From Atractiella rhizophila (Eukaryota), in the NCBI GenBank assembly GCA_021432655.1, contig MU271261.1, positions 62,001-114,372 on the forward strand: DNA of 52,372 nucleotides, written 5' to 3'. Of the stretch, positions 12,217 to 25,189 are shown in pieces. Each line of letters opens with the position of its first letter. Within the stretch, counting starts at the first letter, position 1. Under the pieces are notes generated by a model. It was not told the origin of the DNA, made no database searches, and saw only the letters and a list, made by a program, of their open reading frames with translations. The position numbers and the translations under genes are program-made.

Positions 12217-13162
12217 ATGAACCACTATACAGCCGCCGCCTGTCGTCGTCCTGATACGACCTCGCCAGATATTGGCAACCATTACCCTCACTACGCCCAT
12301 CACAACGTAGCCCCAGCACCAATGTATCATGTAGGTGACCCACATTCGCAGTTCAAGCGATTCTCGACGGGTCACGACGATGCCACGACCCGGGTCGAAT
12401 GGGAGCTCGCCACCCAAAAGAATTCGATCGAAGAGCTCAAGAAGGAGCAACTGGCGATTAAGAAGGAGTTGAACGATGTGGGAGGAGACCTCAAGCTGGT
12501 GTTGGAGCTCGTCAAGAGCTTGAAGACGCCTTCTAGGGTACTAGGTTAGTGCTTTGCCTTCCCACTCGTTCCCACTCTCCAAAGCTCCATCGCCTCCGCT
12601 TCTTCGATTGTAGAGGGACTCAACGTCGATCTCGCAGAACCCACACCGCCAGTCACTGGATGCCTCTTCCAATTCTCAATCAATCGCACTGAGCTCGTCT
12701 CCATCATTATCTCCTTCAATCCCGCCGCGCTCAAGGCTGTAGATCATTTCAAGCGGCTCATTCAACAAAAGAAATACGTGGGCGCAAGACTTTTCACCGC
12801 CGTCGACACCGACACAGTCGCCAGGTGCTACTTTGAAGATCCAACCCATCAATTGTGGGCAGAAGACGAACTGTTGGATGAACCGGAGGAACAAAAGTTT
12901 GACAGGAATAGGGGGAAGGTTTACCTTGTTTCCATCAGAGGAAGACTGAGGGGGAACGACTTTTATATTCCCCTTGTCAATTCAAACACAAAATGCTCCA
13001 GAGGTAAGCCTGCCTTCCATCACCCAGCATCATGAGAGGGTGTTGATGCATATTTCCCTAGTGCTTGTAGGAGAGGTCAAGAGCGGTCTGCATTACATGG
13101 ACATGTTTCGCGACCGAATAAAACGCGATGCATTCTACGTCGTCGACACCCAACTTTGTTAA
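12217..13162 (+). CDS. N-terminal coiled coil plus a highly divergent cyclophilin-like domain (3 exons)
   Basis: Introns 12545-12613 and 13004-13061 join ORFs 12217, 12778 and 12974 in frame. The C-terminal ~150 aa align by eye with the cyclophilin A pattern. Confidence 0.65.
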
Positions 13163-13570
13163 CCGTCCGTCCTCCTCTCCGTTCAACAACCAACCGACCA
13201 GCCAAACGTGCCACGTTCAGGTGCGATGGGCTCAGATTTGTGATTTCAGTACAATTGTTCGATTAGTCAACATTCAGCATACCCACATACCTACCTATCA
13301 CGATCAGACTCATATAAACCCTCTTTGTTCTGTCCAAGCTCATGTTCAAATTCTCCTACACCTTTCGTTTCCACTCTTATTGGTCTCTTCCCTGCTCATT
13401 CCTCATTTCAATGGGACAACGTTCTGAAAACAATAAGCCGTCAAGGCCAGTTCGTACTTGCGATATCCGTTACACATGCAGAGATACTTTGCAATTCGAA
13501 AACGAATGCTGCATATTTACAAGTCCACTTATTTCAACTTCACCCCTTCACATAAGAGCCAGACCATCCT

Positions 13571-15894
13571 TCATTCCAGCGTGCTTGTTCCCCCCCAAAC
13601 AGCCCACATCCTCCTAACCGTTGTTCTCTTCACCTCCAACCTAGTCTGTGTACCCTCCAAAGTCCTCACGTCCTCCAAAAACATCCTCTTCAGTCTCGCA
13701 TCCTTCGGGAACGCTTTGGAATTTGCAAACTTGCGGAGGAGGTCTAACGAGACTAGGAGGTTTCCAGCGAGTAGATCGAGGTCCTCTCCTTCTCTTCCTT
13801 CAGAGGATCGAGAGGATCCAGAAGCTCCAGAAGGTTCAGAGGATTCAGACGAAGAAGTGAGTAGCACGTCGATGTACCTAAGTCTCTCGAGCGCTCTCAC
13901 CCTCTCATGCCGCTTACTTCGTCCAGAACCAGTGAAGGCGCTGCGTGCCCAGAGACCGGAGAGGTAGAGGATCATCATGCTGGGAGCGACGCCGACGAAA
14001 CCGAAGGTGAGCTGTTGGGATCGGAGCATCTTTTGGATTCCGTCCATCGCCAGAGCTACGTCCACTTTCACTTTCTGGACTTGGATGAGGAGCGTGCGGA
14101 TGAGCGAGCCTGAAACTGCACTTCGGAGAGGTTTCTATGCACGATGCTCACTCAGTGACGGGCCGGAGAAAGGTAAGGATGGAAGGGCAGGACAGACCTT
14201 GATATCCTTCTCCCAAGCGGTCAAGACCGTCGTGATATCTCCCTCCTTAACTTTCCTCCCAATCTCATCCAATTCCGACTGAGACACGTTATAATTCTCC
14301 CTCGCGAAATCAACCACCATCCGATTCAAACTATCCAGGTCGCTTTTCAAGCTGTCTCCTCCCATCAACGTTAGCCCATGTTCCTCTCCGCCCCTGATAG
14401 TGCCTAATATGTCCTTGACGGGCTGAACGACCCACCCCCACACGAATCCTTCGACCGTTTCCCTCGCATTCAAGTACCACTCTCTGATCTCTGCCTTCCG
14501 ATTGAACACATACTTTATTCCGAAGAAGAGGGCTACAGGACCAAGAACAAGGGCAGGCCAGGTACGGGACATGAAAGAAGGGCGGGAGAGGGAGTTGAGT
14601 TCGGAGGATGTGAACTGGGTGTGGGATGGGAAACGGCGAGATAAAAGCTGGAGTAAACGTCCTTGGATGTTCTCTCCAGCCGCCGACGCTGACGGAGGGT
14701 AAATAGCCTTCGACTTCCCCTTCAACTCCATCGAACTAGTAGCCAGATTCCGATCTAGCACTTCAACCGCTTCAGACAGCATATCCTGCAGTCTAGTCCT
14801 AGATATCGACGCCTCATTCTGCACCAAGCCGTCTAAAATCCTCGCCTTCTCCCTCGCCAACACTCCCAGCTTAGTCGCCAACACGTCCTTTGCTCTCTTG
14901 AGTTCCTCCCGTTTAGCCTTCGCTTCTTGACGAGTAAGAGTGAGGGGAGAGATGGCGAGGAAGAGAATGGAGCGGGTGGAGGTCGGCTGGGAGGAGGTAC
15001 GGGAGAGATGAGGGAAGAGAGAGGTGAGCAGGATGGAGGGTGGGAGTGCGTGACGGATGTCGGTCAGTGACGGTAGGTGTGTACGACCGTTGGAGAAGAG
15101 CGGGGTGGTGTGGAGACGTAGACGTTGTTGTAATGTTTGCAAAGTTCGAAGGAGACGTGCTGGTAGAGCTATAGTCGCACATCAGCATATTCTCTGTGGA
15201 CCCTTAGAGAAGAAATTCAAGTAATGTGCTGAGTACTGAGCTTGCAGTCCCAGGATTAGGAGAGCAGAGAGCGCAGGAGCAGGCAAGAGAACGGGTTCAA
15301 ATTGTTGCGTCATAGAAATTTTCTTTTGATGGTGGATGGTGGGAAGCGGACGCAGTAAATTCAACCACCCAAGGCTGATTCTCGTGAAGTATATCGCTAC
15401 AACCGCACTCCTGCGCTACCTCAGATAAAAAATGAGATACAAGACTAACTTTGGATCAAGTACGTAACACGGTCATAAGGGTCACCCTCAACCACTCTCC
15501 AATAGTCTAGCTCATTTTCATATCTTCCCGCCTCCTGCAAGAGCATATGCATAGCGACTCCATATGCTCCAGTCACCACTTGTGCGAGCAGCAGCAACTC
15601 TTCAGCCTCTACCTCTTGCTGGATGCCAATCTCCAGATCCCCCTTTTCTGCTTCGGCATCCAGAAAGGTATCTCTAATTATCTTGAGGAGGTTCTCTCTG
15701 GTGGGCAAACGGGAAGAGGAAGCGAGGTTGAGCGCCTTGATGCCTGCTTGCGCGCGAGAAGTAGCCTGTGAGCGAAAGGTGACCGCCTGCGACCTGGGTG
15801 CCAGAGAAGGCGATGGGGCGTTGAGCAAAGCTTGGGACACAACGTCAAGGGACGAAGCAGTGAATCTGGTGCTCTCTGAGGCAAACGACGCCAT
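13571..15894 (-). CDS. NCA2: Nuclear control of ATPase protein 2 (mitochondrial)
   Basis: YW...YLIQ, RPSFMSRTWP, WVVQPVKDILGTIR, SLKSDLDSLNRMVVDFA, QKMKVDVALAMDGIQKMLRSQQLTFGFVGVAPS. Confidence 0.92.
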
Positions 15895-16218
15895 TTTCCT
15901 CTCTCCTTCTCTTCGTTTTCTTTCGTCTTGGTTTGGTCGGATGCAGACACGTGATATTTGATCATCAACTACAATCATCAACGCTTCTTCTTTCCAAGCA
16001 GCGACATCTACTTCTGGGTCTGGGTCAAGGTAAATATCTCAAATCATTAGCAGCGCTGCGTGGAAATTGAGTGCACTTCTCTGTTCACAGAAAGCTTAAC
16101 TCGATTTCTAATACAAGAACGCCAGCTCCTCTGCACTTTCGAAGCAACAAATCAATCAGCTTACACATTCGTCGCGTCGTCAAAACATCGTAGGCCTCCT
16201 GAAGGCTACTAGAATATC

Positions 16219-19031
16219 ATGGAACACATCAATGGCGACGGCTCCAATGCGGCGGACAGCACTACGGATCCAACCACCTCCAACGCGCCGACGAACCTGA
16301 ACACAACAACCGCGACCTCTTCAACCCAAGCACCAGCACGCTCTATCTCGAATGGAGATGTATCAGATATTGCCGAGGATGTTCCTACAAAACGAACAAT
16401 AAAGGGCCTTACTATACCCCAAAGGGAGCTTTCTGCCTCTTCATCTGCATCCACATCCACGTCCACAGCCGCACGTCCTTCCTCTGTCGCGAGTGGTCCC
16501 ATCCCTGGCCTCTCAGCTATTTTCCCCGCTCCAGTCCCAGCGAGATCTCGTCCGCCTTCGAATGGTAGCGAGACCAACGCCCATCGCAACTCCAACGGCA
16601 GCGTCGTATCAACACCAAACGGACACCGTACTCCGACGACTTCCACTGGAGCCAAGCAGGATAGTTCGTTAGGCATACAATCATATCCCAATGTGGCCAC
16701 CGGTGGCATTGCTTCGTACCCTGCTCCCGCTTCGGTACAACCTTCGCAGGACGCGTCTTCATCGGAGGAAGAGACGGTGCCCATGGTCGCCACGCGGAGT
16801 AGGCGAACGAACGCAGGGACGAAGATGGCGGCACTGATTTCGAAGATTGGAGAAATGGAGGAGGAGGAAATGTTTGCTGAGGTGGCTGGAGATGGAGATT
16901 TTGCGATCAAAGAGGGAAAGGAGGAGGGAGACGAGTTTGATTCGGATTTTGGGAGTACGAGTGAGAGCGGGGAGGATGAGGATGAGGGTGAGAAGGGGAT
17001 TAGGGAGGAGGAGAAGGAGGAGAGGAGGGTGCGTCTCTTGCTTATCTCATCTGTGATGTGATTTGCTGAGGCATAGCAGGCGAAGAGAGCAAAGAACCAA
17101 TTCACCCCTTTCGTCAAAACGACCAAAACGAAACAGCAGAGGCTCATCAGATCGGTACTTAAGCGTTCCCAGTCCTCAGCAACTCCAGCGCCGGATGGGG
17201 ATGGGACTGGTACTGAGGATGGGGAGGAGCGGCCGAGGAAGAAGCAGAAAGTGGCCTTCGCCGCTGGTGGCGATGTGGACGATGGGGAAGGAACTGAAAC
17301 CTTGAGTGGGGCTGCTGAGTGGGAGGATGGGCGGAGGACCAAGAGCACTAGAACGGCGGCGTTGAAGTACATCAATGAGGTAGAAGCTAGGGCGGAAAAG
17401 GAAAAGGAACGGCTGGTACGCCTCCCTTTTGTTCTCTTTCACATCCCCTTTAGATGAACTGACACGCAACATAGGAGAAAATTCAAGAGCGCATGAACAA
17501 ATCGAAAGCTACGAAGCAAGCGACTAAAGTAAAAGCTTTGACACAAGCGGATCTAATAGCTCAAGCTCTCGAAATTGAAGAATTGAACAAAGCGTCACTG
17601 GTCGACTTCTACGCGCGTGAAGATGAGCGGAGGGAGTTGGAGCGAAAGAAGCAGAAGAGGACAGAGGTTGAAGGCTCTCGAATCGTCTGGAGAAGCTTCA
17701 TCGATCCAGCTGCCGAATCGAGACGAGCTGCCATCGAGGAAGTTCGAGGTCCGAGGCTCAAAAACCTCAGCACACCAGCGCCGACGACTGCTGTCGGACA
17801 GTCCCCAAAATTCGGAGGCAGTAGAAACGTAATCATCCTCAGAGATTTTACTGGCTCTAAAACGCAAGAAATGACCGCTGTCTTTGGTGATCATTCTGAC
17901 TGGGGAGCCGGAGCGAAACCTGGTCCCAATCGTGCAAGGGTCGTGCCACCAGGTTCGTCCACAATTCTCTTATTTGTAAGCGGGTTTAACAGGTGTTCTG
18001 CAGTTCGAAAGGCTGCTATATGCGCAATAACCGGTGCTCCTGCCAGATACAAAGATCCTCTCACTGGCCTTCCCTACTCGTCCATACAATCATACAAGAC
18101 AATTAGAGCGTTATCCCAACACCAGTTTGCCTGGTCAAACGATCTGAACACCTACACTGGTCGTTATGGAGAAGGTCTCAGGGATGAAGTGGGACCTCCA
18201 GCGATGAATGACGCTCCACCTGAATACTACATCTCACGCACACGTACGGAAAGCCAGGACGGTGTTGTTGTTGGATCAACTTCAAGGTTGGACGAGGGGA
18301 AGAAGGAGAAGGAAGATAAATCTAAGAAAAAGAAGGAAGGCTCTAAGAAGCGGTCACGGCCGAGAACGTCGACTGTGAAAGAGGGAGGAAGCGCGAAGAG
18401 GAGGAAGAAAAATGAACTCGGTGAAGAAGGGAAGGAAGGATCGCAAAAGCCTCAAATTGTCGAGAAGCAACATCCTCGAACTGGAGTCCCACCACCCGCC
18501 GCTCCACATCAATCTTCCCAGTCAAACGGTCAAGAATCAACTATAGCAATACCTCCGGATCCTGTAAACTCTGATCCTTCGTCACCTTCTGTACTGGCTC
18601 CAGCTCCGAAGATACCCACTGTTTCGCAACCTGCGACAAAGGCCCAAGTCAGTTCACACCATGACCGTGTAGATCCTCCTTCTAGCGACCTTTCAAACCG
18701 TCCACCGCCTCCTGCTGCTCTGGTTGAAACAGTGGTTCCACTTGTTGCTCCCTCTAGTTTGACATCAGCTACAGTTGCGGCTTCCTCGTCAGGACAGTCG
18801 TCAGGATCGCAACCTACGCGACGCACAGCTAACTCATCTTCAGCGATCGATTCTGATGTGCAGCCTTCTGGGTCATCCCTACTCATGGACGTCAAAACCG
18901 TTCTTCCCGAAACGACTGTCCAGACTGAAGTCGAATGCGTTAACAGCGACATCCCCGACGCAGATTCCAAGCCGAGTGTACCACCAAATCTACCACGATT
19001 CTTGGTGCCACAGAATCAGTTCCACACCTGA
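16219..19031 (+). CDS. VPS72: SWR1 complex subunit Vps72/YL1 with long low-complexity extensions; true stop may be 19099
   Basis: ATRSRRTNAGTKM plus an acidic tract, LTQADLIAQALEIEELNKASL, and the YL1_C motif CAITGAPARYKDPLTGLPY. Confidence 0.92.
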
Positions 19032-19492
19032 AGGATCAGGTCTCCAAGGTATCGATGGCTCAACCAGTTTCTTCAACTGTTCAGGAAACTGGCGTCTAGT
19101 CCATCGTTCTCCTTTTCACTCCATAACCTCCCAGACTGGTCATTTTACCTCAGACATCTGCAATGGCATTCATTACCTGTATGCAGAAATGATACTTCCC
19201 TACGATCCTTTGTCATAATCACCGATTGACGATTCGGAAAAGGTCCCTCCCAGTGTAAGATGTATACGAGGACCATGCTTACACAAAGTAGTCGGGCAGT
19301 GTTTCTGTCGGAGTAAGCAGGTCAGGCTTCAGTCGACCAAGTCGGCTGCATTCTCACTACCTGCGCGACAAATATTCTCTTCATTCTACTCTCCGACTGC
19401 ACCTTTGACCTAACGCGGTTTAGCGACGATTGCACAGAGAATTCACGACAATGCAATTAGGGTATTCCAGGAGACTAACATTATACCGCTCC

Positions 19493-20479
19493 TCAGTACA
19501 CAATTAGACGCACTATTGCAAATAGGATATTGATGATTACTCCGAGCACGATACCATTCTGCCATCACACTTCAGCTCCAGCGGATGTACACTGAAAAGA
19601 AAATACGTACCTGCAGTCGAGTGGAGAAGATACCGTGTCTGAAGAAAAGTATGGGGAGGAAAGGTATGAAAAAGCCAAGTGTTGAGCCCCAAAGAATGGA
19701 TGTATACGCTCCTTGCGAAGTTTCCTGATTCAGATCTTGATTGGAAGAGAAAGAATCTAGCCATTGTTCCTCTACACAAGGAGTAAGTTAGAAGCAGCAT
19801 CAATTCAGTAAGAACAATGACAAACCTAAAGCTCGGGCCGTTTCCTCATCATCTTCGGCTGCCCCATCTAACCCATTCTTTAAGATTAGCGAAATTAAAG
19901 CGGATAAGGATAACCTGCCTATCTCCTGCCCTCGGGCCCTTCTGAAATCTCGCCGCATACTATCAATATCTTCTTCAGAAAAACCCGCTTCCCGCAATCG
20001 GTCAAACCCAAGCATAGGCGGTATTTGTTGTCCATCCCGTTCTCGCCGCTCCAGTTCCTCAGTGGCGCGCTCTGTATCTTCTCCGACAACTCCTTCAGCC
20101 AAAGCCGCATTGATCTCAGACGGAGACATCTTTTCTCCGATAGAACAATGCAACCATATAGTTTCTTCCGCTTGCTGCACCGACTCTTTCCCTTTCCCTT
20201 TTTTCTTCCCTTTTCCACTTGACGGGTCTCGGTCTTCGTTAGGGGGAATACCCAGCCATGTCGAGACGTTGTCCGTTGTTGCATTGACAGCATTGACGAT
20301 TGTAGATGAGGAGCCAAGCTTGGTGTTGTGGTGTGAAAGGAGCGAAGATGTCCATGTTACAAGATGTATTGCGTCGGAAAGGATACGCCCATGATGGATG
20401 AGACGTAGGTTATAATGCTGCAAGGCAGGACGAAGGAGACGAATCTGCAACAGAACAAAGAGTCAATACTGGGCAATAT
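19493..20479 (-). pseudogene. DSC3: 5'-truncated duplicate of DSC3 lacking exon 1 and its promoter
   Basis: Appears identical to 21304-22290; the breakpoint falls inside intron 1. Confidence 0.8.
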
Positions 20480-20892
20480 ACCTTTCAAACCGTCCACCGC
20501 CTCCAGCTGCTCTGGTTGAAGCAGTGGTTCCACCTGTTGCACCCTCTGGTTTGACACCAGCCACAGTTGCAGCTTCCTCGTCAGGACAATCGCCAGTCTC
20601 GCAACCTACGGGAGGCACAGCTAACTTAGCTTCAGCGATCGATTCTAATGTGCAGCCTTCTGGGTCTTCCCTACCCATCGACGCCACAACCGTTCTTCCC
20701 GAAACTATTGTCCAGACTGAACTCGAAAGCTTTGACGGCGACATTCCCATCGTGGATTTCAAGTCAAATGTACCACCAGATCCACCAACGATTCTCAGTT
20801 CCACAGAATCAGTTCCACATCCGAAGGATCAGGTCGCGAACGTATCGATACCCCAACCAGTTTCTTCAGCTGTTCAGGAAACTGGCCTCTAG
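20480..20892 (+). pseudogene. Orphan, diverged duplicate of the VPS72 3' tail (frame still open)
   Basis: ORF 20524..20892 is colinear with VPS72 residues encoded at 18732-19099. Confidence 0.8.
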
Positions 20893-21303
20893 TCCTTCGT
20901 TCTCCTTTTCACTCCATGACCTCCCAGGCTGGTCATTTTACCTCAGACATCTGCAATGGCATTACCTGTATGCAGAAATGATACTTCCCTACGATCCTTT
21001 CCCAACATTGTCATAATCACCGATTGAGGATTCGGAAAAGGTCCCTTCCAGTGTAAGAGGTATACGAGGACCATGCTTACACAAAGTAATCGGGCACTGT
21101 TTCTGTCGGAGTAAGCAGGTCATGCTTCAGTCGACCAAGTTGGCTGCATTCTCACTGCCTGCGCGACAAATATTCTCTTCATTCTACTCCGACTGCACCT
21201 TTGTGGAATCATGCTTTGACCTAACGCGGTTTAGCGATGATTGCACAGTGAATTCACGACAATGCAATTAGGGTATTCCAGGAGACTAACATTATACCGC
21301 TCC

Positions 21304-22673
21304 TCAGTACACAATTAGACGCACTATTGCAAATAGGATATTGATGATTACTCCGAGCACGATACCATTCTGCCATCACACTTCAGCTCCAGCGGATGTA
21401 CACTGAAAAGAAAATACGTACCTGCAGTCGAGTGGAGAAGATACCGTGTCTGAAGAAAAGTATGGGGAGGAAAGGTATGAAAAAGCCAAGTGTTGAGCCC
21501 CAAAGAATGGATGTATACGCTCCTTGCGAAGTTTCCTGATTCAGATCTTGATTGGAAGAGAAAGAATCTAGCCATTGTTCCTCTACACAAGGAGTAAGTT
21601 AGAAGCAGCATCAATTCAGTAAGAACAATGACAAACCTAAAGCTCGGGCCGTTTCCTCATCATCTTCGGCTGCCCCATCTAACCCATTCTTTAAGATTAG
21701 CGAAATTAAAGCGGATAAGGATAACCTGCCTATCTCCTGCCCTCGGGCCCTTCTGAAATCTCGCCGCATACTATCAATATCTTCTTCAGAAAAACCCGCT
21801 TCCCGCAATCGGTCAAACCCAAGCATAGGCGGTATTTGTTGTCCATCCCGTTCTCGCCGCTCCAGTTCCTCAGTGGCGCGCTCTGTATCTTCTCCGACAA
21901 CTCCTTCAGCCAAAGCCGCATTGATCTCAGACGGAGACATCTTTTCTCCGATAGAACAATGCAACCATATAGTTTCTTCCGCTTGCTGCACCGACTCTTT
22001 CCCTTTCCCTTTTTTCTTCCCTTTTCCACTTGACGGGTCTCGGTCTTCGTTAGGGGGAATACCCAGCCATGTCGAGACGTTGTCCGTTGTTGCATTGACA
22101 GCATTGACGATTGTAGATGAGGAGCCAAGCTTGGTGTTGTGGTGTGAAAGGAGCGAAGATGTCCATGTTACAAGATGTATTGCGTCGGAAAGGATACGCC
22201 CATGATGGATGAGACGTAGGTTATAATGCTGCAAGGCAGGACGAAGGAGACGAATCTGCAACAGAACAAAGAGTCAATACTGGGCAATATGTCAATGCAG
22301 TGAGCTTTGAATGCAGAGCTTTGGGAAATATCAAAACTTCCCAAACATCAACACCACTGTGCCTTCGTACATACACAGCTCAAGTACCAAGGCAGGGCTG
22401 CCACTCTAACAAAGCAGCAAGCAGCAACCTCCGCTCCCATGGACTACCGGGATAATAACAGTATGACGAGAACCTTACCCGCCGCTTCACATCCCTAACC
22501 CTTTCCTTAGCTCCCACCCAGAGATCCAACACATCGTCTGGAGGCTTGGTGTTCTCACTTCCATCTGCTTCAACAATCCCAGCAAAGCGAATATTGAACG
22601 AAAGTCCTTGAGAGTCGCTAGGTGAAGGTGTTCGAATAGGAGAAGGCGTGTACTGTGATTGGGAGGAAGACAT
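21304..22673 (-). CDS. DSC3: DSC E3 ligase complex subunit 3 (DUF2407, ubiquitin-like domain plus C-terminal TM helices)
   Basis: IRF..LDL..VKRRIR..LRLIHHGRIL, WLHCSIG, GFDRLREAGFSEEDI..R, LEEQWLD, then two hydrophobic segments ending IVRLIVY*. Confidence 0.88.
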
Positions 22674-22728
22674 TGCCTTTGTAAATCTTCTACGCTTTGA
22701 AGGTGCTGCCTGTGACTCCGTCTCTTTC

Positions 22729-22753
22729 NNNNNNNNNNNNNNNNNNNNNNNNN
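22729..22753. other. Assembly gap (25 N)
   Basis: Run of N. Confidence 1.
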
Positions 22754-24334
22754 TTCTGATGGAAGTTGCAGAGAACTCCCGTAATAACGCAACTACGGGA
22801 CGGGGAGTCTAGCCATGGGTACTGAAGCTAGGCACGTTACGTCCAGTATCCGTGGAATTCCTGGGGAAAAGAAAACCATAGCACTTCTTATATCTTGTGT
22901 TTTGTGTTCTATACTGCTTTGTGACTGTCGCAGCGAGACTTAAAACATGTCGTCTTGGGAAAGAAGAACCTCTACAACTTCTCTGCTGTCAAACTTTCAA
23001 GAGCTTTTTTAACTATTTATTATCGTCTTTTCTGTCGCGCAAAGTCTCCAACCAGAGCAGGTCTGTCCACATGGCCGGTCAACTGCGCGACTTCCGTTTT
23101 AATTAGTGGATGTTTACATCCGTAGTATAAGCCCGTTCCTTCGCGAATCCTGTGAGAGCCTAGCTCTTCAGATCAGTTACTATCTTTATTCTACATCGCG
23201 GAAGAAGATGTTCAGTGTGTTTAATAAACCAGACCGCATGACTCGAACAGAGTCCAAAGGCTACAGCCAGTGCACTGTATGTGATTAACTGTATTTGACC
23301 ACAAGACGAAAGTGCGTGTTTATTACGTATTAAGTTCATATCATTAATATTGTTCATACACACACTTCCTGGCTTCCAAACGTAAGAACTGGACTAGGGT
23401 TGCGGAGCTACTTTGTTCTTTGAGTGTCTCTTCAAAACGGAGTGTGGGAGTTTTTGCTCGATTCTTAAATTAAGAAAGACGACGTGGCTATGTAAGGTTC
23501 TATAAACTATAAAGTAGGAGTAGAGGAGAACTTAACAAGGTAGGGTACGAATTGGTGTGAACAGCAGGAAGTGTCTGATTCCCCTCTTTCAATATCCATT
23601 CCGTGAAAGTGGAAGTGCACACGAAATCGGGTGTATCACCGAACCTTCTTCTTCCTTGGACTCTTTCGCAAAAAAATCCTTGTTTGTTGATCGCGTGGTC
23701 CAGTGTAGCTTGCCCAATTTGGCGTCAGGATCCTCGGCACCAATCTCCTTAATCTGAGCCGTGATCATTACTTCCTTGCACCGTCAGATCCTGATTCTCC
23801 TCGAGAGTGTTGCTGACGCGAAGCAACATAAACGGAGGACGCGAGCCTCTTCCATTCAGGATCATTCAGAACTACACAATCTGACCGTCAGGCCAGTTAC
23901 GAGCATCATGGAGGCCTCCAGCTGTGCTGGGAACCTGGCCACTCAAGATCTCTTCCTACGCATTTCTTTGTTTTTTTTGTCAAAGAACCATTGTCGATTT
24001 TGTCCATTTCTCGTCCTCAACGGACAGTGATTGCACCGGCTTTGAAAAATAATGTCCCGAAGGAAGCAGCCGTGTGCAGAGCCACACCCGTGCTTTTGTG
24101 TCACCGTGCAATCAACACATTCAGCAATTCAACTCAAGAAGTAGATCTTGAATTCCTTTTGTGAATAGTCGCATTTAACCCTGAGGTCAGGTTATGGTGA
24201 CGGTAGTCCTTCGATTCTGGAGCTGAGAATGCCAAAGTATTGGGTACGTATGGCTGCGAGATATAAAGGGAGCTGTCACAACCTTCGGTGTGCTTCACTC
24301 AAGGGTTCTTCAAACTCAAACATCTTTGCCAGGG

Positions 24335-24982
24335 ATGAACGAGACAGACGAAATTTATATCTGGAAAACGGGGATGGGAAAGTTGTATTCAGTCCAAGAC
24401 TTTACCGCGCGCCATGGGTGCAGTTCAGCTGAGGACGTTTTAGTCGGTAGGCAGCTCAAGAGCTCGTTGATTTTACTTTGACGCTTTGCTCGAAGTCTTT
24501 CCTGCAGGTACAGTAGTCGAGCGCAGTTGTAACTCAACTTCATTTCTTTTTGTGAAGGCTCATACCGACGCGTATTGGACGCTAATGGGACCGAGTACTT
24601 CCCGTCAACGAAAGATGGCTTACTGTGGCTTCGAGGTAAGCCATCAACGTATCGATGCTCTTCTCCTAATCCCTTTCTCTGTTATTCTCATTCGGTCGCC
24701 CTATTTACGAAATATTCGCCTAGGCCAATCGTAAGTCTCTGACAACATCGACCAGCTTGGCTCAGCTCAATGAACTTGTAGTTGCATCTGTCAAATCTTC
24801 GACATGGAGAACAAATGTGAGCGGTCGGCCAATTTGCTCTTTTCCCTCAAATAATCGTGTGGAAAGACAAAAGACCCGCCGTCATCAGAAAGCACTTTAT
24901 TTCTTGCAAGATCCGAGCTGAACTATTCGGCGGCCAGAACGACCCGATCGCGACGTGTTGTTTATTATGGGAAAAGATGTGA
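24335..24982 (+). CDS. 119-aa orphan protein with a C2HC-like motif, paralog A (6 exons)
   Basis: TATA-like TATAAAGGG about 70 nt upstream. GT-AG introns sit at the same positions as in paralog B, and differences from B are mostly synonymous. Confidence 0.8.
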
Positions 24983-25189
24983 AACCCGTCGTCAGAGGTC
25001 GATATACAATATAAGTGTTCGGTCGCAGTGTACGTGTAACATCTGAAACCGTTGTGTCGATGTGTACTTCCTCAAAAGTATGTCGTAAATCCAGTGGGTA
25101 ATTGGTTGCTCAAGTTATATCCCAATTACCGGGAATTGGAAAGTTGAGTGAAGTAGAGAGGAGCATTAGAATACGTTTAGATGTGAAGA

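Larger units (their letters stand above)
18688..22290. repeat. Direct tandem duplication: unit A 18688-20479, unit B 20480-22290
   Basis: Junction GGGCAATAT|ACCTTTCAAAC at 20479/20480. Identical ORF translations recur at a 1811-bp offset. Confidence 0.95.

Noticed and set aside
12547..12549. In-frame TAG suggesting readthrough or recoding
   Set aside because: It lies inside a plausible 69-nt GT-AG intron (12545-12613).
16209..17375. 388-aa minus-strand ORF
   Set aside because: Antisense to VPS72, low complexity.
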